Shown piece by piece: positions 49,428 to 58,744 of a DNA stretch of 64,000 bases (its first letter is position 1; every line of letters starts with the position of its first letter). This stretch comes from Candidatus Poribacteria bacterium (GTDB lineage Bacteria; Poribacteria; WGA-4E; PCPOR2b), in NCBI GenBank assembly GCA_965198175.1, contig OZ240245.1:1984001-2048000 (forward strand), in the 5' to 3' direction. A program made the translations under genes and the position numbers. Under the pieces are notes generated by a model. That model saw only the letters and a program-made list of their open reading frames with translations, searched no databases and had not been told where the DNA came from.

Positions 49428-49611
49428 AAGGATTTCCTACTCATTTGATGTAACCTCTAGAAACTGTGATTGAACCTTAGTATACCAGAGTATACCAGAA
49501 AACGCAGCCGATTCCAAGCGGGTCGAATTGCTGTACCTGTTCCCCGGATGTGAGCCAATTCATTTTCGTCAGTGGTGCACTTGATGCGAACGCGATTCCA
49601 TACAGACCCTG

Positions 49612-49908
49612 TTAATCTTCGATGAAAGAGGTTGTTCGAGATTTAACAACCTTATAGACAGTTTCGCCAGGTTTGATAAAACCAAATTGTCGTACGAGAC
49701 GCTCTTGGTTGAGTTCGTCGCTCTTGAGTTTTTCTGCCCTCAATTTCAGGCGATCCCGTTTCTGCTCAAGTTCCCCTAATTTCTCCAGATAGTCCTGCTT
49801 AACCTGACGCGCTTTTTGCCAATTCTGAAATTCTTCGACGAATCGATATGAACTGATAAGTAACACAGGAAGTGTAACTATGAACAGCCAAGATTGAAGA
49901 AATCGCAT
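49612..49908 (-). CDS. Septum formation initiator family (FtsB/DivIC-like)
   Basis: One TM, coiled coil, ERLVRQFGFIKPGETVY. Confidence 0.8.
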   Translation of the reverse strand: MRFLQSWLFIVTLPVLLISSYRFVEEFQNWQKARQVKQDYLEKLGELEQKRDRLKLRAEKLKSDELNQERLVRQFGFIKPGETVYKVVKSRTTSFIED

Positions 49909-49980
49909 GATGTCCCTTCCATTAATGCTTAACACACATGCTTGTATCCCGCGAAATTAGGGAACATTTTATGTTGGTTA

Positions 49981-50778
49981 TTACTGAGAACCTGAACCCC
50001 AGAGTTCACGATTATCGGTTAAAATCTCCGGACCATCGGAAAGGATTGCGACAGTATGTTCAAAGAGAGCGGATAGGCGACGATCCGCCGTGACGGCAGT
50101 CCAGCCATCTTCGAGCGTTACTGCTTCGTGTGTGCCTGCGTTGGTCATGGCTTCTATGGCAAGGACTGTACCAGGTCTTAATCGAATGCCTCTACCGGGC
50201 TCCCCGTAATTAGGGATTTGAGGTTCCTCGTGTAGATTGCGCCCAATTCCATGACCAACAAAATCCCGAACAGCTGAGAATCCGTGCGCTTCGACATGGG
50301 TTTGCAACGCGGAACAAGCGTCGCCGAGTCGACTGCCCGGCTTTGCAGCATCAATCGCTTTATAGAGCGCGTCTTTGGTCACGTCAAGTAGACTATGCGC
50401 TTCAGGCGAAATATCTCCGACAGGAAAAGTGAAGGCATTATCCCCATGAAATCCTCCGAGAAAGATTGCCGTGTCAATGCCAATGATGTCACCCTCTTTT
50501 AGTAAACAGTCTTTACTTGGAATGCCGTGAACAATCTCCTCGTTAATTGAAACGCAGATAGTTGCTGGATAGGGCGGATGATTCGGGAGCTGATACCCTA
50601 AGAAGGATGAAATACCGCCAATTTCCTTAATCGCTTCTCGCGATATTTGATCTAATTCGTAGGTTGAAATACCGGGTCTTACAGCCTCTCCAATTCTCTG
50701 AAGTACAATCGATGCCGCTTTACCACTGCGGCGCATTGTCTCGATTTCAGATTGCGACTTGATTCTGACCTTTCTCAT
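49981..50778 (-). CDS. map: Methionine aminopeptidase type I
   Basis: CVSINEEIVHGIP, GDIIGID, GFHGD, FVGHGIG..LHEEP, AIE, FEHTV. Confidence 0.97.
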   Translation of the reverse strand: MRKVRIKSQSEIETMRRSGKAASIVLQRIGEAVRPGISTYELDQISREAIKEIGGISSFLGYQLPNHPPYPATICVSINEEIVHGIPSKDCLLKEGDIIGIDTAIFLGGFHGDNAFTFPVGDISPEAHSLLDVTKDALYKAIDAAKPGSRLGDACSALQTHVEAHGFSAVRDFVGHGIGRNLHEEPQIPNYGEPGRGIRLRPGTVLAIEAMTNAGTHEAVTLEDGWTAVTADRRLSALFEHTVAILSDGPEILTDNRELWGSGSQ

Positions 50779-50982
50779 TTGACGCTTTTCCTAACGTGGA
50801 ATTCACGATTGACAATTAACCCTCCGTGCAGTTAGCCTTCCACTGATTTGGGGCGTGGGGAATTGGCGTTTTGTCACTCCAAAGATGTAACGATTGATAC
50901 CCTTAAAGGGATTCAACCAGGGACTCGCTTTCACCGGCGATTGCCTTTATAACTTGCGTGATTTTTGGCTTTCTCACTCCGA

Positions 50983-52371
50983 CTAAGCGACAATCTCCCC
51001 AAGTAACGTGTGCGCTGTCGCAGAATTGATATTCACCGGTACAAAATCGCCGAACGTTGAATTCCCTTTCGGAAACACAATCGTCTTGAAGCTGTCGGTT
51101 TTACCGTGGTATTCTTCGGGGTTGCGGCGAGATTTTCCTTCGACCAGTACCTTCACTCTGTTGCCAACTAACTCCTGATTGATTTCTTGAGAGATTTGCT
51201 CTTGCAGTTCAACAATTTTCCGCAAGCGCCGCCCCTTCTCGGCGTCGCTCACGTCGTCATCAAGTGTCTTGTAGGCAAGCGTTCCTTCACGAGGTGAGTA
51301 TTTGAACATAAATGCGGAATCGTATCGGATTTGAGCCATGAGGTGATAGGTTTCCATGAAATCGTGCTCAGTCTCGCCGCAGAAGCCGACGATAATATCC
51401 GTTGAAATTGCCAGATTCGGAATGCGCTCCCGCATTTTCGCTACAAGCTCACGATACGCTTCCGCCGTGTATGTGCGCCGCATCGTCTTAAGCACCTTCG
51501 TCGAACCGGATTGGAGCGGTAGATGGATCTGCTTACAGACCTTATCGCCGGCTGCAATTGCTTCGATCATTGTGTCTGTCGCATCGCTTGGATGCGGCGA
51601 CGTAAAACGTATCCGTTTGATGCCTTCCACATCGTTAATTGCAAAGAGCAAATCGGCGAAATCGTGGGTCGCATCGTGATAAGAGTTCACCGTCTGACCG
51701 AGGAGGACAACTTCTTTAAACCCTTCATCAACTAACCTCTTGACCTCATTGACCAGAAGTTTTACAGGAACACTCCGCTCACGACCACGCACGAAAGGCA
51801 CGATACAGAAGGTACACATCTTGTCACAGCCTCGTTGGATGGTTAACCACGCTCGTATCCCATCCTTGCGAATAGGCGCGACATCGGCATAGTCTTCGTC
51901 TTGGTCCAGCTTCAAATTCACGAACGCATCACCAGTTGTCACTGAGCGGAGCGCCATGGGAAGGCTGCGGTAGGCATCAGGGCCTAGCACCAGATCTAAG
52001 AATGGTGCGGCGTCAAGTATTTTTTCCCGCGCGTGCTGCGCCATACAACCGCAGACGCCCAGAACAAGATTGGGATGTACTCGTTTCCGATAATTGAGTT
52101 GTTTGAGACGATTGAGCACCTTCGTTTCAGCATTTTCACGGATGGCACACGTATTCAGGAGCACTACGTCAGCGTCCTCTAACTCATTCACAGTTTCGTA
52201 GCCGTTTCGGACCAAAATACCCGCCAGCAACTCGCTGTCACTCACATTCATCTGACACCCATACGTTTCAATATAGACGCGTTGTGGGGTCGGTCGCTGA
52301 ACTTCGGATTCAAATGTTGGCGCCGCCTTGTATAATGGCAGTCGGGTTTTAATTGGAATTTTCGAGTTCAC
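50983..52371 (-). CDS. miaB: tRNA-2-methylthio-N6-dimethylallyladenosine synthase
   Basis: TYGCQMN..DSE, NTCAIRENAE, GCMAQ, radical SAM CDKMCTFC, STDIIVGF, C-terminal TRAM domain. Confidence 0.96.
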   Translation of the reverse strand: MNSKIPIKTRLPLYKAAPTFESEVQRPTPQRVYIETYGCQMNVSDSELLAGILVRNGYETVNELEDADVVLLNTCAIRENAETKVLNRLKQLNYRKRVHPNLVLGVCGCMAQHAREKILDAAPFLDLVLGPDAYRSLPMALRSVTTGDAFVNLKLDQDEDYADVAPIRKDGIRAWLTIQRGCDKMCTFCIVPFVRGRERSVPVKLLVNEVKRLVDEGFKEVVLLGQTVNSYHDATHDFADLLFAINDVEGIKRIRFTSPHPSDATDTMIEAIAAGDKVCKQIHLPLQSGSTKVLKTMRRTYTAEAYRELVAKMRERIPNLAISTDIIVGFCGETEHDFMETYHLMAQIRYDSAFMFKYSPREGTLAYKTLDDDVSDAEKGRRLRKIVELQEQISQEINQELVGNRVKVLVEGKSRRNPEEYHGKTDSFKTIVFPKGNSTFGDFVPVNINSATAHTLLGEIVA

Positions 52372-52493
52372 TGTTTTCTCCTGCTCTACATGATCCGAAT
52401 CGTGCGCTTTTATGTATCGTTGGCTTCAATCCGCTTTCTGGGCTACATAAATCGGTTGGGAATGCACTGCCTAACGCCATCTCACTGATTGAT

Positions 52494-52630
52494 ATTATAC
52501 CCCCCCTAGTAGATATGACGCAAGCGAATTCACGAGTTTTTCACGTCGGATTTAACCGTCGCAGCATAAAATCAGAAGAGAGTATAGATGTGGAAAAGAA
52601 ATTTGCAAATACTGCATTTTGGTGTATAAT
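52494..52630. promoter_or_regulatory. Divergent promoter pair (miaB / Ldh_2 gene)
   Basis: Minus: TTGCGT-18-TATAAT (52523..52494). Plus: TTGCAA...TATAAT (52603..52630). Confidence 0.5.
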
Positions 52631-52795
52631 ATCCGTTCAAAACATGCTCTTTCTTGCCACAACATTCCTTCCTTGCAGAGCTAACCGTGTATTTTCTGCA
52701 ACTTACCTCCAAAGATTGTTGAGTGGAGATACACTTCATATCAATGGGCTGTAGCCTGTTGTGTCGAACTAATGACGGGTTTTTAGGAGAGATTG

Positions 52796-53848
52796 ATGCC
52801 AAATTTTACGCCAGAACAGTTGAACCAGATAGCCACCGACATTTTTGAGTCAGCGTCGGTGCCGTCTGAAGAGGCACAGATTATCAGTGAGATGCTTGTT
52901 GACGCGAACCTTGTGGGACACGACTCGCACGGCGTTATTCGTATTCCGTCCTACATCCAACGCCTCAAGGATGGAAATATCCAGCCTGGCGCACCGATAG
53001 ATATTGAACGCGAGTCTCCATCACATGCTGTGATTAACGGCAACTGGGGGTTCGGACAAGTTATCGGTAAAAAGGCGATGTTGCTGGCAATTCGTAAAGC
53101 GAGATCGAGTGTTGTGAGTGCCGTAAGTATTAACAACTGCAACCATATCGGACGGCTGGGCAGCTATACCATGATGGCAGCGGAACAGGGATTGATTGGA
53201 ATAACAATGGTGAATGCCGGCGGTGCAGCGCTATCGGTCGCTCCGTTTGGCGGCATTGATAGACGACTCGGAACAAACCCAATTTCTGTTGGAGTGCCGG
53301 CTGACGATGCGGGCCCGATTGTTCTGGATATCACAAGCAGTGTTGTCGCACACGGAAAGATAGAGGTCGCTATTAACCGCTGTGACTCTGTGCCTCTTGG
53401 CTGGCTGATTGACAGCAAAGGAGAACCAACTACCAATCCACACGACCTTGATGGCTCGCCCCTTGGTTCGATATTGCCGCTCGGCGGACCGGCAGGACAC
53501 AAAGGCTTTGGGCTAGGTTTAATAATTGACGTGTTAGCTGGTACACTGTCCGGCAGCGGCTGCAGCGGTTCCGACAACTCACGAGTCTGCAACGCCACGT
53601 TGATGATTGTCATCGACATCGCGCGTTTTATCCCACTTGAAGATTACCACCGTCATATTGATAAACTTGTGACGTTCATGAAATGTTCGCCACCAGCCCC
53701 TGGCTTTGATGAAATTTTGATGCCTGGTGAAATCGAGTCGCGTCAAAAGCGGCATCGTTTAAGTGAAGGAATACCAGTCGATGATGAAACATGGCGGCAG
53801 ATTCAGGAAACAGCAGCCAATGTCGGCATTTCGGAGCTTATTTTTTGA
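52796..53848 (+). CDS. Ldh_2 family (malate/L-lactate/L-sulfolactate-type) oxidoreductase
   Basis: GHDSHGV.RI, NCNHIGRLG.Y, GTNPI, LDITSS.VA.GKI, GHKGFGL, MPGEIE. Confidence 0.92.
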   Translation: MPNFTPEQLNQIATDIFESASVPSEEAQIISEMLVDANLVGHDSHGVIRIPSYIQRLKDGNIQPGAPIDIERESPSHAVINGNWGFGQVIGKKAMLLAIRKARSSVVSAVSINNCNHIGRLGSYTMMAAEQGLIGITMVNAGGAALSVAPFGGIDRRLGTNPISVGVPADDAGPIVLDITSSVVAHGKIEVAINRCDSVPLGWLIDSKGEPTTNPHDLDGSPLGSILPLGGPAGHKGFGLGLIIDVLAGTLSGSGCSGSDNSRVCNATLMIVIDIARFIPLEDYHRHIDKLVTFMKCSPPAPGFDEILMPGEIESRQKRHRLSEGIPVDDETWRQIQETAANVGISELIF

Positions 53849-54000
53849 TTTATACAGTACGGTAGTAGTATTTCATTATGAGGATAATAATCGAGCCTTT
53901 ATCAATTTTGTTTTCCTCACCGCGATCTGGATTACGGTCAAAAATCAGATATTGTATCAAGAATTGCATTGACTGAAATACCCCAGTAAAGCATACGAAC

Positions 54001-54897
54001 ATGGAAAAGCAGGGCACATTTAAATCGGGATACGTCAGCATCATCGGTGAGCCAAACGTTGGGAAATCAACGCTATTGAACGCGATGATGGAAGAAAAAT
54101 TAGCCATTGTCACTCCCAAGCCGCAGACGACCCGTAACCAAATCACAGGCATTGTCACCACGGATGAATATCAGATCGTTTTTCTGGATACTCCCGGCGT
54201 GCTTAAGCCCAAATACCGCCTGCACAACCGGATGTTGAAAGTCGCGTACAGCGCACTCAAAGACGCAGATCTTATCCTGTACATGATTGATGTAAACCAC
54301 CTAGCTACCCAGGTTGAGGAACAGATTTTTGCAGCGATTAGGAAAGATGGACAGAAAGCGATTCTCGTCATTAACAAGGCAGATTTGGTGCCAAAGTTAG
54401 CCATCTTGCCAATCATCGCAAAGTACAAAGAGGAACCTTTGTTTGTCGAGATTATTCCGATTTCCGCGAAAACCGGTGACGGAGTTAGCCAACTTCGGGA
54501 GCGTATCATTAAATATCTACCGGAAGGTCAGCTCTATTTCCCCGACGACCAAATAAGTGATTTGCCGGAGCGGTTCTTTGTTGCTGAAACAATTCGGGAA
54601 AAGATTTTCCTCAAAACCGAGCAAGAAATCCCTTATGCTTCAGGTGTCATCATCACAGAATTCAAACAGCGGATAAACGGAACAATTTATATCAGTGCTA
54701 CGGTTTATGTGGAGCGTCCTTCGCAAAAGCGAATATTAATTGGGAAAGGGGGAACAATGATTAAATTCATTGGACAACTTGCCCGAACTGAAATTCAACA
54801 ATTCTTGACTGCTTCTGTATTTCTGGATTTGCATGTGTCGGTCAAGGAAGACTGGCGACGAGATGAACAGAAACTAAAAGATATGGGATATGCGTGA
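54001..54897 (+). CDS. era: GTPase Era
   Basis: FKSGYVSIIGEPNVGKST, KPQTTR, DTPG, NKAD, ISA, IREK...EIPY, KH domain SQKRILIGKGG. Confidence 0.97.
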   Translation: MEKQGTFKSGYVSIIGEPNVGKSTLLNAMMEEKLAIVTPKPQTTRNQITGIVTTDEYQIVFLDTPGVLKPKYRLHNRMLKVAYSALKDADLILYMIDVNHLATQVEEQIFAAIRKDGQKAILVINKADLVPKLAILPIIAKYKEEPLFVEIIPISAKTGDGVSQLRERIIKYLPEGQLYFPDDQISDLPERFFVAETIREKIFLKTEQEIPYASGVIITEFKQRINGTIYISATVYVERPSQKRILIGKGGTMIKFIGQLARTEIQQFLTASVFLDLHVSVKEDWRRDEQKLKDMGYA

Positions 54898-55143
54898 AAA
54901 ATATATTCTTATTTCGTTTCAGCGAGATTACGGAATATCGTGTTTTCTTTTTTGGATACCCCCAATATGTTGAAATCGGCAGTGAAAAATGAGCGCAAAA
55001 AACGCTTGATCTCTTTTTGATTTTTTGATAGACTATCATCCAATCGGGTCCCCTCATTCTTTTGTACTTTTATGAATTAATTGTCCCGGAATAATCAGCA
55101 TATTGTAAGATATATTCAATCTCCAATTCCAAGGAAGACAGTA

Positions 55144-56286
55144 ATGACTTTGAATGGAGTTAGCGACGATACCTCCACCCCATCCGACTTATCTGCAGAG
55201 CATCAGTCTTCCGAGTTGCCAGCAGTTGCGCCAACTTCAGTCCCTCGTACACCTCAAAATTCAGGATTGAATCTCGCCTTAACCTTTGATCGATTTGTGG
55301 TAGGAGAAAGTAATAAAAAGGCTTGTGAAGCGGCGATAGCCGTGAGCAATCAAGCAATGCACGTAGACAAGTTAATTGTTCATGGCGGTGTAGGGCTCGG
55401 CAAGACGCACTTGTTACATGCAATTGGGAACCAATTTCATCAAAAAAATCTGAATCACACAACGTATTGCCCATCTGCTGAGAAATTCATGGGTGAATGG
55501 ATTCAATCAATTGCAAATCCCCAGAAATCAAATGCCTTACGGCAGCGGTATCACACCATTGATTTGTTATTGATTGACGACATTCACTTTTTATCCAAGA
55601 ATACGAAAGTTCAAGAGGAATTTGTTCACCTGCTCAACCACTTGAGTAGGCAAAACCAGCGCATTGTATGTACGTGCGATCGCCTACCTCAGTTTCTCAA
55701 AGACTTTCTGGCGTCTTCGAATGTCCTCAAGAATGGCTTAATCGTTGAAATTTCTCCGCCTGAGTTTGAATTGCGGGTTTCTATCCTAAAGCGGAAGTTA
55801 CGGGAACGGAATTTCGGACCTGTACCCTTGAGGGTGCTTAATTATCTTGCGAAACATCTGACACAACACGTCCGCCAGCTCGAAGGGGTTTTAAACCGTC
55901 TTATGGCGGAAGTCCGTTTGGGGTCGAATTTAAATCTTGAAATTGCGCGCCGCGTTGTAGAGAAGCGGTCAAACTTGAATCTTTCAGGCACAATCACGCT
56001 TGAAACAATTCAAGAGGCAGTCGCTCGATATTTCCATCTTACCTTATCGGACTTATGCTCTCGAAAGCGTGGACGACGGTTTGTGCTGCCGCGGCAAGTG
56101 GGGATGTATCTTACTCGCGAGTTAACCGCGCTTTCTCTATCACAAATCAGCCAGGGTTTTGGTCAAAGCCACCATACAATCGTTGTCAGGAGCTATCAAC
56201 GAATCGAATCACTTCTCAAGGTGGATCTGGTTCTTAGCCAGTCCATTGAAACCTTGAAAACAGAGCTGACACAACCCCAAAAATGA
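55144..56286 (+). CDS. DnaA-like AAA+ protein (paralogue lacking domain I)
   Basis: TFDRFVVGESN, GGVGLGKTHLL, LLIDDIHFL, QEEF.H..N, VRQLEG, domain IV PRQVGMYL.RELT..SL..I...FG. ATG 55144 has RBS AAGGAAG (alternative TTG 55081). Promoter-like TTGATC-17-TAGACT at 55006-55034. Confidence 0.85.
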   Translation: MTLNGVSDDTSTPSDLSAEHQSSELPAVAPTSVPRTPQNSGLNLALTFDRFVVGESNKKACEAAIAVSNQAMHVDKLIVHGGVGLGKTHLLHAIGNQFHQKNLNHTTYCPSAEKFMGEWIQSIANPQKSNALRQRYHTIDLLLIDDIHFLSKNTKVQEEFVHLLNHLSRQNQRIVCTCDRLPQFLKDFLASSNVLKNGLIVEISPPEFELRVSILKRKLRERNFGPVPLRVLNYLAKHLTQHVRQLEGVLNRLMAEVRLGSNLNLEIARRVVEKRSNLNLSGTITLETIQEAVARYFHLTLSDLCSRKRGRRFVLPRQVGMYLTRELTALSLSQISQGFGQSHHTIVVRSYQRIESLLKVDLVLSQSIETLKTELTQPQK

Positions 56287-56414
56287 ACATATCCGTACCC
56301 CTTGATTTAATAATTGAGACTGTGGCAAGACACACTTCCCGAGTGAGTTAACGATTGCCGATAAAATCGCCGATTGTCTCTTTTTTCCCTCCTATCTTAC
56401 TTCTCGGATCAACG

Positions 56415-56440
56415 GGGGCAGGTTTGAAACCTGCCCCTAC
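56415..56440 (-). repeat. Single GTAG-type REP palindrome
   Basis: Minus strand GTAGGGGCAGGTTTCAAACCTGCCCC. Confidence 0.7.
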
Positions 56441-56458
56441 TTTTATGATTATCAACGA

Positions 56459-56488
56459 TTGACATCTTAATGCGATTTGGTGTATCAT
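56459..56488 (+). promoter_or_regulatory. sigma70-type promoter for NUDIX gene
   Basis: TTGACA-18-TATCAT. Confidence 0.55.
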
Positions 56489-56562
56489 TAGCCCGTTACC
56501 GAGTCGTACGCGAAGATTTCTTCACACCTTCGAATTTTACAGTTACGGGGTGGAATTGAACG

Positions 56563-57099
56563 ATGAACACGGGGGCGCATACTTCTCATACCACAGTCCA
56601 CTCCAAATCAAAGGCAAAATATTGTCTGAAATGCGCAGGTCAACTCGAAGACCGCATCAGTGAAGAAAAAGTGCGCCAAGCATGCACGAAATGTGACTTT
56701 GTCTTCTATGAAGACCCGAAGCCTGTCGCCGGAGTCCTTGCCCTGAAAGATGGAAAATTGTTACTGATACAACGTGGAAACGAACCCAAACGTGGTCTCT
56801 GGAGTTTTCCAACGGGTTACATTGATGTTGGCGATACACCGGAAGAAACAGCAATCCGAGAGGCAAAGGAAGAGGCAAACGTTGATGTACAACTCAATCG
56901 CTTACTAGGGGTTTACTCCGATATCCGTCGCACGGTCGTTCTTATAATTTATACCGGCACAATTGCTTCGGGCAACCCGGCTGTCGGAGCGGAGGCATTG
57001 GACGCACGATTATTCAATCTTCAAGCGTTGCCTAAACTGGCATTTGATCACGATTACCATGTCTTGGCAGATCTGTTGTCAGAAAAGACCGAAGGCTGA
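56563..57099 (+). CDS. NUDIX hydrolase with N-terminal zinc ribbon
   Basis: CLKC...CTKC, Nudix box GYIDVGDTPEETAIREAKEEANV, LAFDH. Confidence 0.9.
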   Translation: MNTGAHTSHTTVHSKSKAKYCLKCAGQLEDRISEEKVRQACTKCDFVFYEDPKPVAGVLALKDGKLLLIQRGNEPKRGLWSFPTGYIDVGDTPEETAIREAKEEANVDVQLNRLLGVYSDIRRTVVLIIYTGTIASGNPAVGAEALDARLFNLQALPKLAFDHDYHVLADLLSEKTEG

Positions 57100-57228
57100 G
57101 AGAATGAGATGGCAGATGAGTTAGGCAGAGTAGGGGGAAAAACAGAAAGAAAAGGATGCCACTGTCGTTTATTTAGCTGGAACACGCGACACGGATTATC
57201 CCTCATATTCCACGCATAGGGAGGAAAC

Positions 57229-58590
57229 ATGTCACATACAATCCTGGAACGTTATCAGAAGGTTTTTTCAAAAGACCGAGAGCTCTCGCAACGAGCAAAC
57301 CATACTTTTCCGGACGGTGTAACGCATGATAGCAGGCATGCGGATCCGTTCCCAGTTTACATTGATCATGCGCAGGGGTCGAAGAAGTGGGGAATTGGTG
57401 GAAAGGAGTTTATTGATTATTGGGCAGGACACGGTGCGCTCTTATTGGGACACAGTCATCCCAAAATTGTCCAAGCCGTAATGCATCAGACGCAACGGGG
57501 TACGCACTACGGCGCTTGTCATCCCCTTGAACTGGAGTGGGCAAGTTTAATAATGGAGTTGATACCGTCAGCAGAACGTGTACGTTTCGTCAGTTCTGGA
57601 ACAGAAGCGACCCTGATGGCGATTCGACTTGCTCGCACCTATACCGGCAAGAACAAGTTGTTGAAATTCGCGGGACATTTCCACGGCTGGCACGATGCCG
57701 TAATTTTGGGGGCAAACCCACCGTATGAGGTGCCTGTTCCAGGAATTCCACAAGGCGTCATTGACACAACAGTGATTTGCCCGCCAAATGATATTGACGC
57801 TGTCGAAGGCTGTTTACGAAGCGATTCAGATATTGCTTGCGTCATTCTAGAGCCAACTGGAGGCTCCTTCGGTGCAATTCCAACAAATGTGGAATTTCTT
57901 CAGCAATTACGAGAACTCACCCGCCATTTCGGCGTGCTGCTAATCTTCGACGAAGTGATTACCGGTTTTCGCGTTTCCCCGGGCGGTGCTCAAGAGTACT
58001 ACCATATCACACCGGATTTGACAACACTCGCCAAGATTTTAGCCGGCGGATTGCCTGGCGGCGCTGTTGTTGGGAAGCGGGAGATTATCAATCTAATCTC
58101 TATCAAAGAAGAAAAAGTCGCGAATCGTGGCAAAAAAATGCCCCACCCGGGTACCTTTAACGCCAATCCGTTGTCTGCGTCGGCAGGTATCGCCACACTG
58201 AAAATCGTTCGAACAGGTGTTCCTCACAAGCAGGTTAACCACACGGCGGCGATGCTAAGGAGTCAGTTGAACGAGATTATCGATCAACACCGTCTTGATT
58301 GGGCAGTTTACGGAGAGTTTTCAGAAATCAAGTTTCTCATCGGACACGGCGCTCGCGAGATGCGCACTGCGGATTTCAATCCCGATGAGTGGGATTATCG
58401 CGACCTTAAAGAGGGTGGCGACAAAGAATTACTCATTAACCTGCGATGTGGTCTGCTGCTCAACGGAATTGATATTTCTGAAGCGGGCGGCATGACAATG
58501 GCATCCCACACAGAATCAGATGTGCAAAAAACAAGGGCTGCGTTTAATCAGACCGTTGAATGGATGAAAGCAGATAGACTTCTGCACTGA
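57229..58590 (+). CDS. Class III PLP aminotransferase (glutamate-1-semialdehyde aminomutase-like)
   Basis: SGTEATLMAIRLAR, FHGWHD, LIFDEVITGFR, PDLTTLAKILAGGLPGG, HPGTFNANP. Confidence 0.9.
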   Translation: MSHTILERYQKVFSKDRELSQRANHTFPDGVTHDSRHADPFPVYIDHAQGSKKWGIGGKEFIDYWAGHGALLLGHSHPKIVQAVMHQTQRGTHYGACHPLELEWASLIMELIPSAERVRFVSSGTEATLMAIRLARTYTGKNKLLKFAGHFHGWHDAVILGANPPYEVPVPGIPQGVIDTTVICPPNDIDAVEGCLRSDSDIACVILEPTGGSFGAIPTNVEFLQQLRELTRHFGVLLIFDEVITGFRVSPGGAQEYYHITPDLTTLAKILAGGLPGGAVVGKREIINLISIKEEKVANRGKKMPHPGTFNANPLSASAGIATLKIVRTGVPHKQVNHTAAMLRSQLNEIIDQHRLDWAVYGEFSEIKFLIGHGAREMRTADFNPDEWDYRDLKEGGDKELLINLRCGLLLNGIDISEAGGMTMASHTESDVQKTRAAFNQTVEWMKADRLLH

Positions 58591-58744
58591 GTTCGCGGGA
58601 TGAACTTGGGCTAATTACTTGCGTCTGTTTCTGGTTTACCTCCGCCAGATTTGAGCCAATATACAGAATATGCCGCAGCATCGCTCGGCGACAATTCTGT
58701 GAATGCGAAATGATGTCGACCGACACAGCAATTAGGAGATTTAG

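Noticed and set aside
52500..52506. C7 tract in the miaB promoter spacer as a phase-variation site
   Set aside because: Tract is short and the gene is housekeeping
54898..55080. AT-rich region upstream of the dnaA-like gene as possible oriC
   Set aside because: No DnaA boxes seen and no dnaN; explained by a promoter-like sequence
57229..58590. Calling this gene hemL
   Set aside because: N-terminus reads PDGVTHDSR rather than PGGVNSPVR and there is no haem context; likely a paralogue
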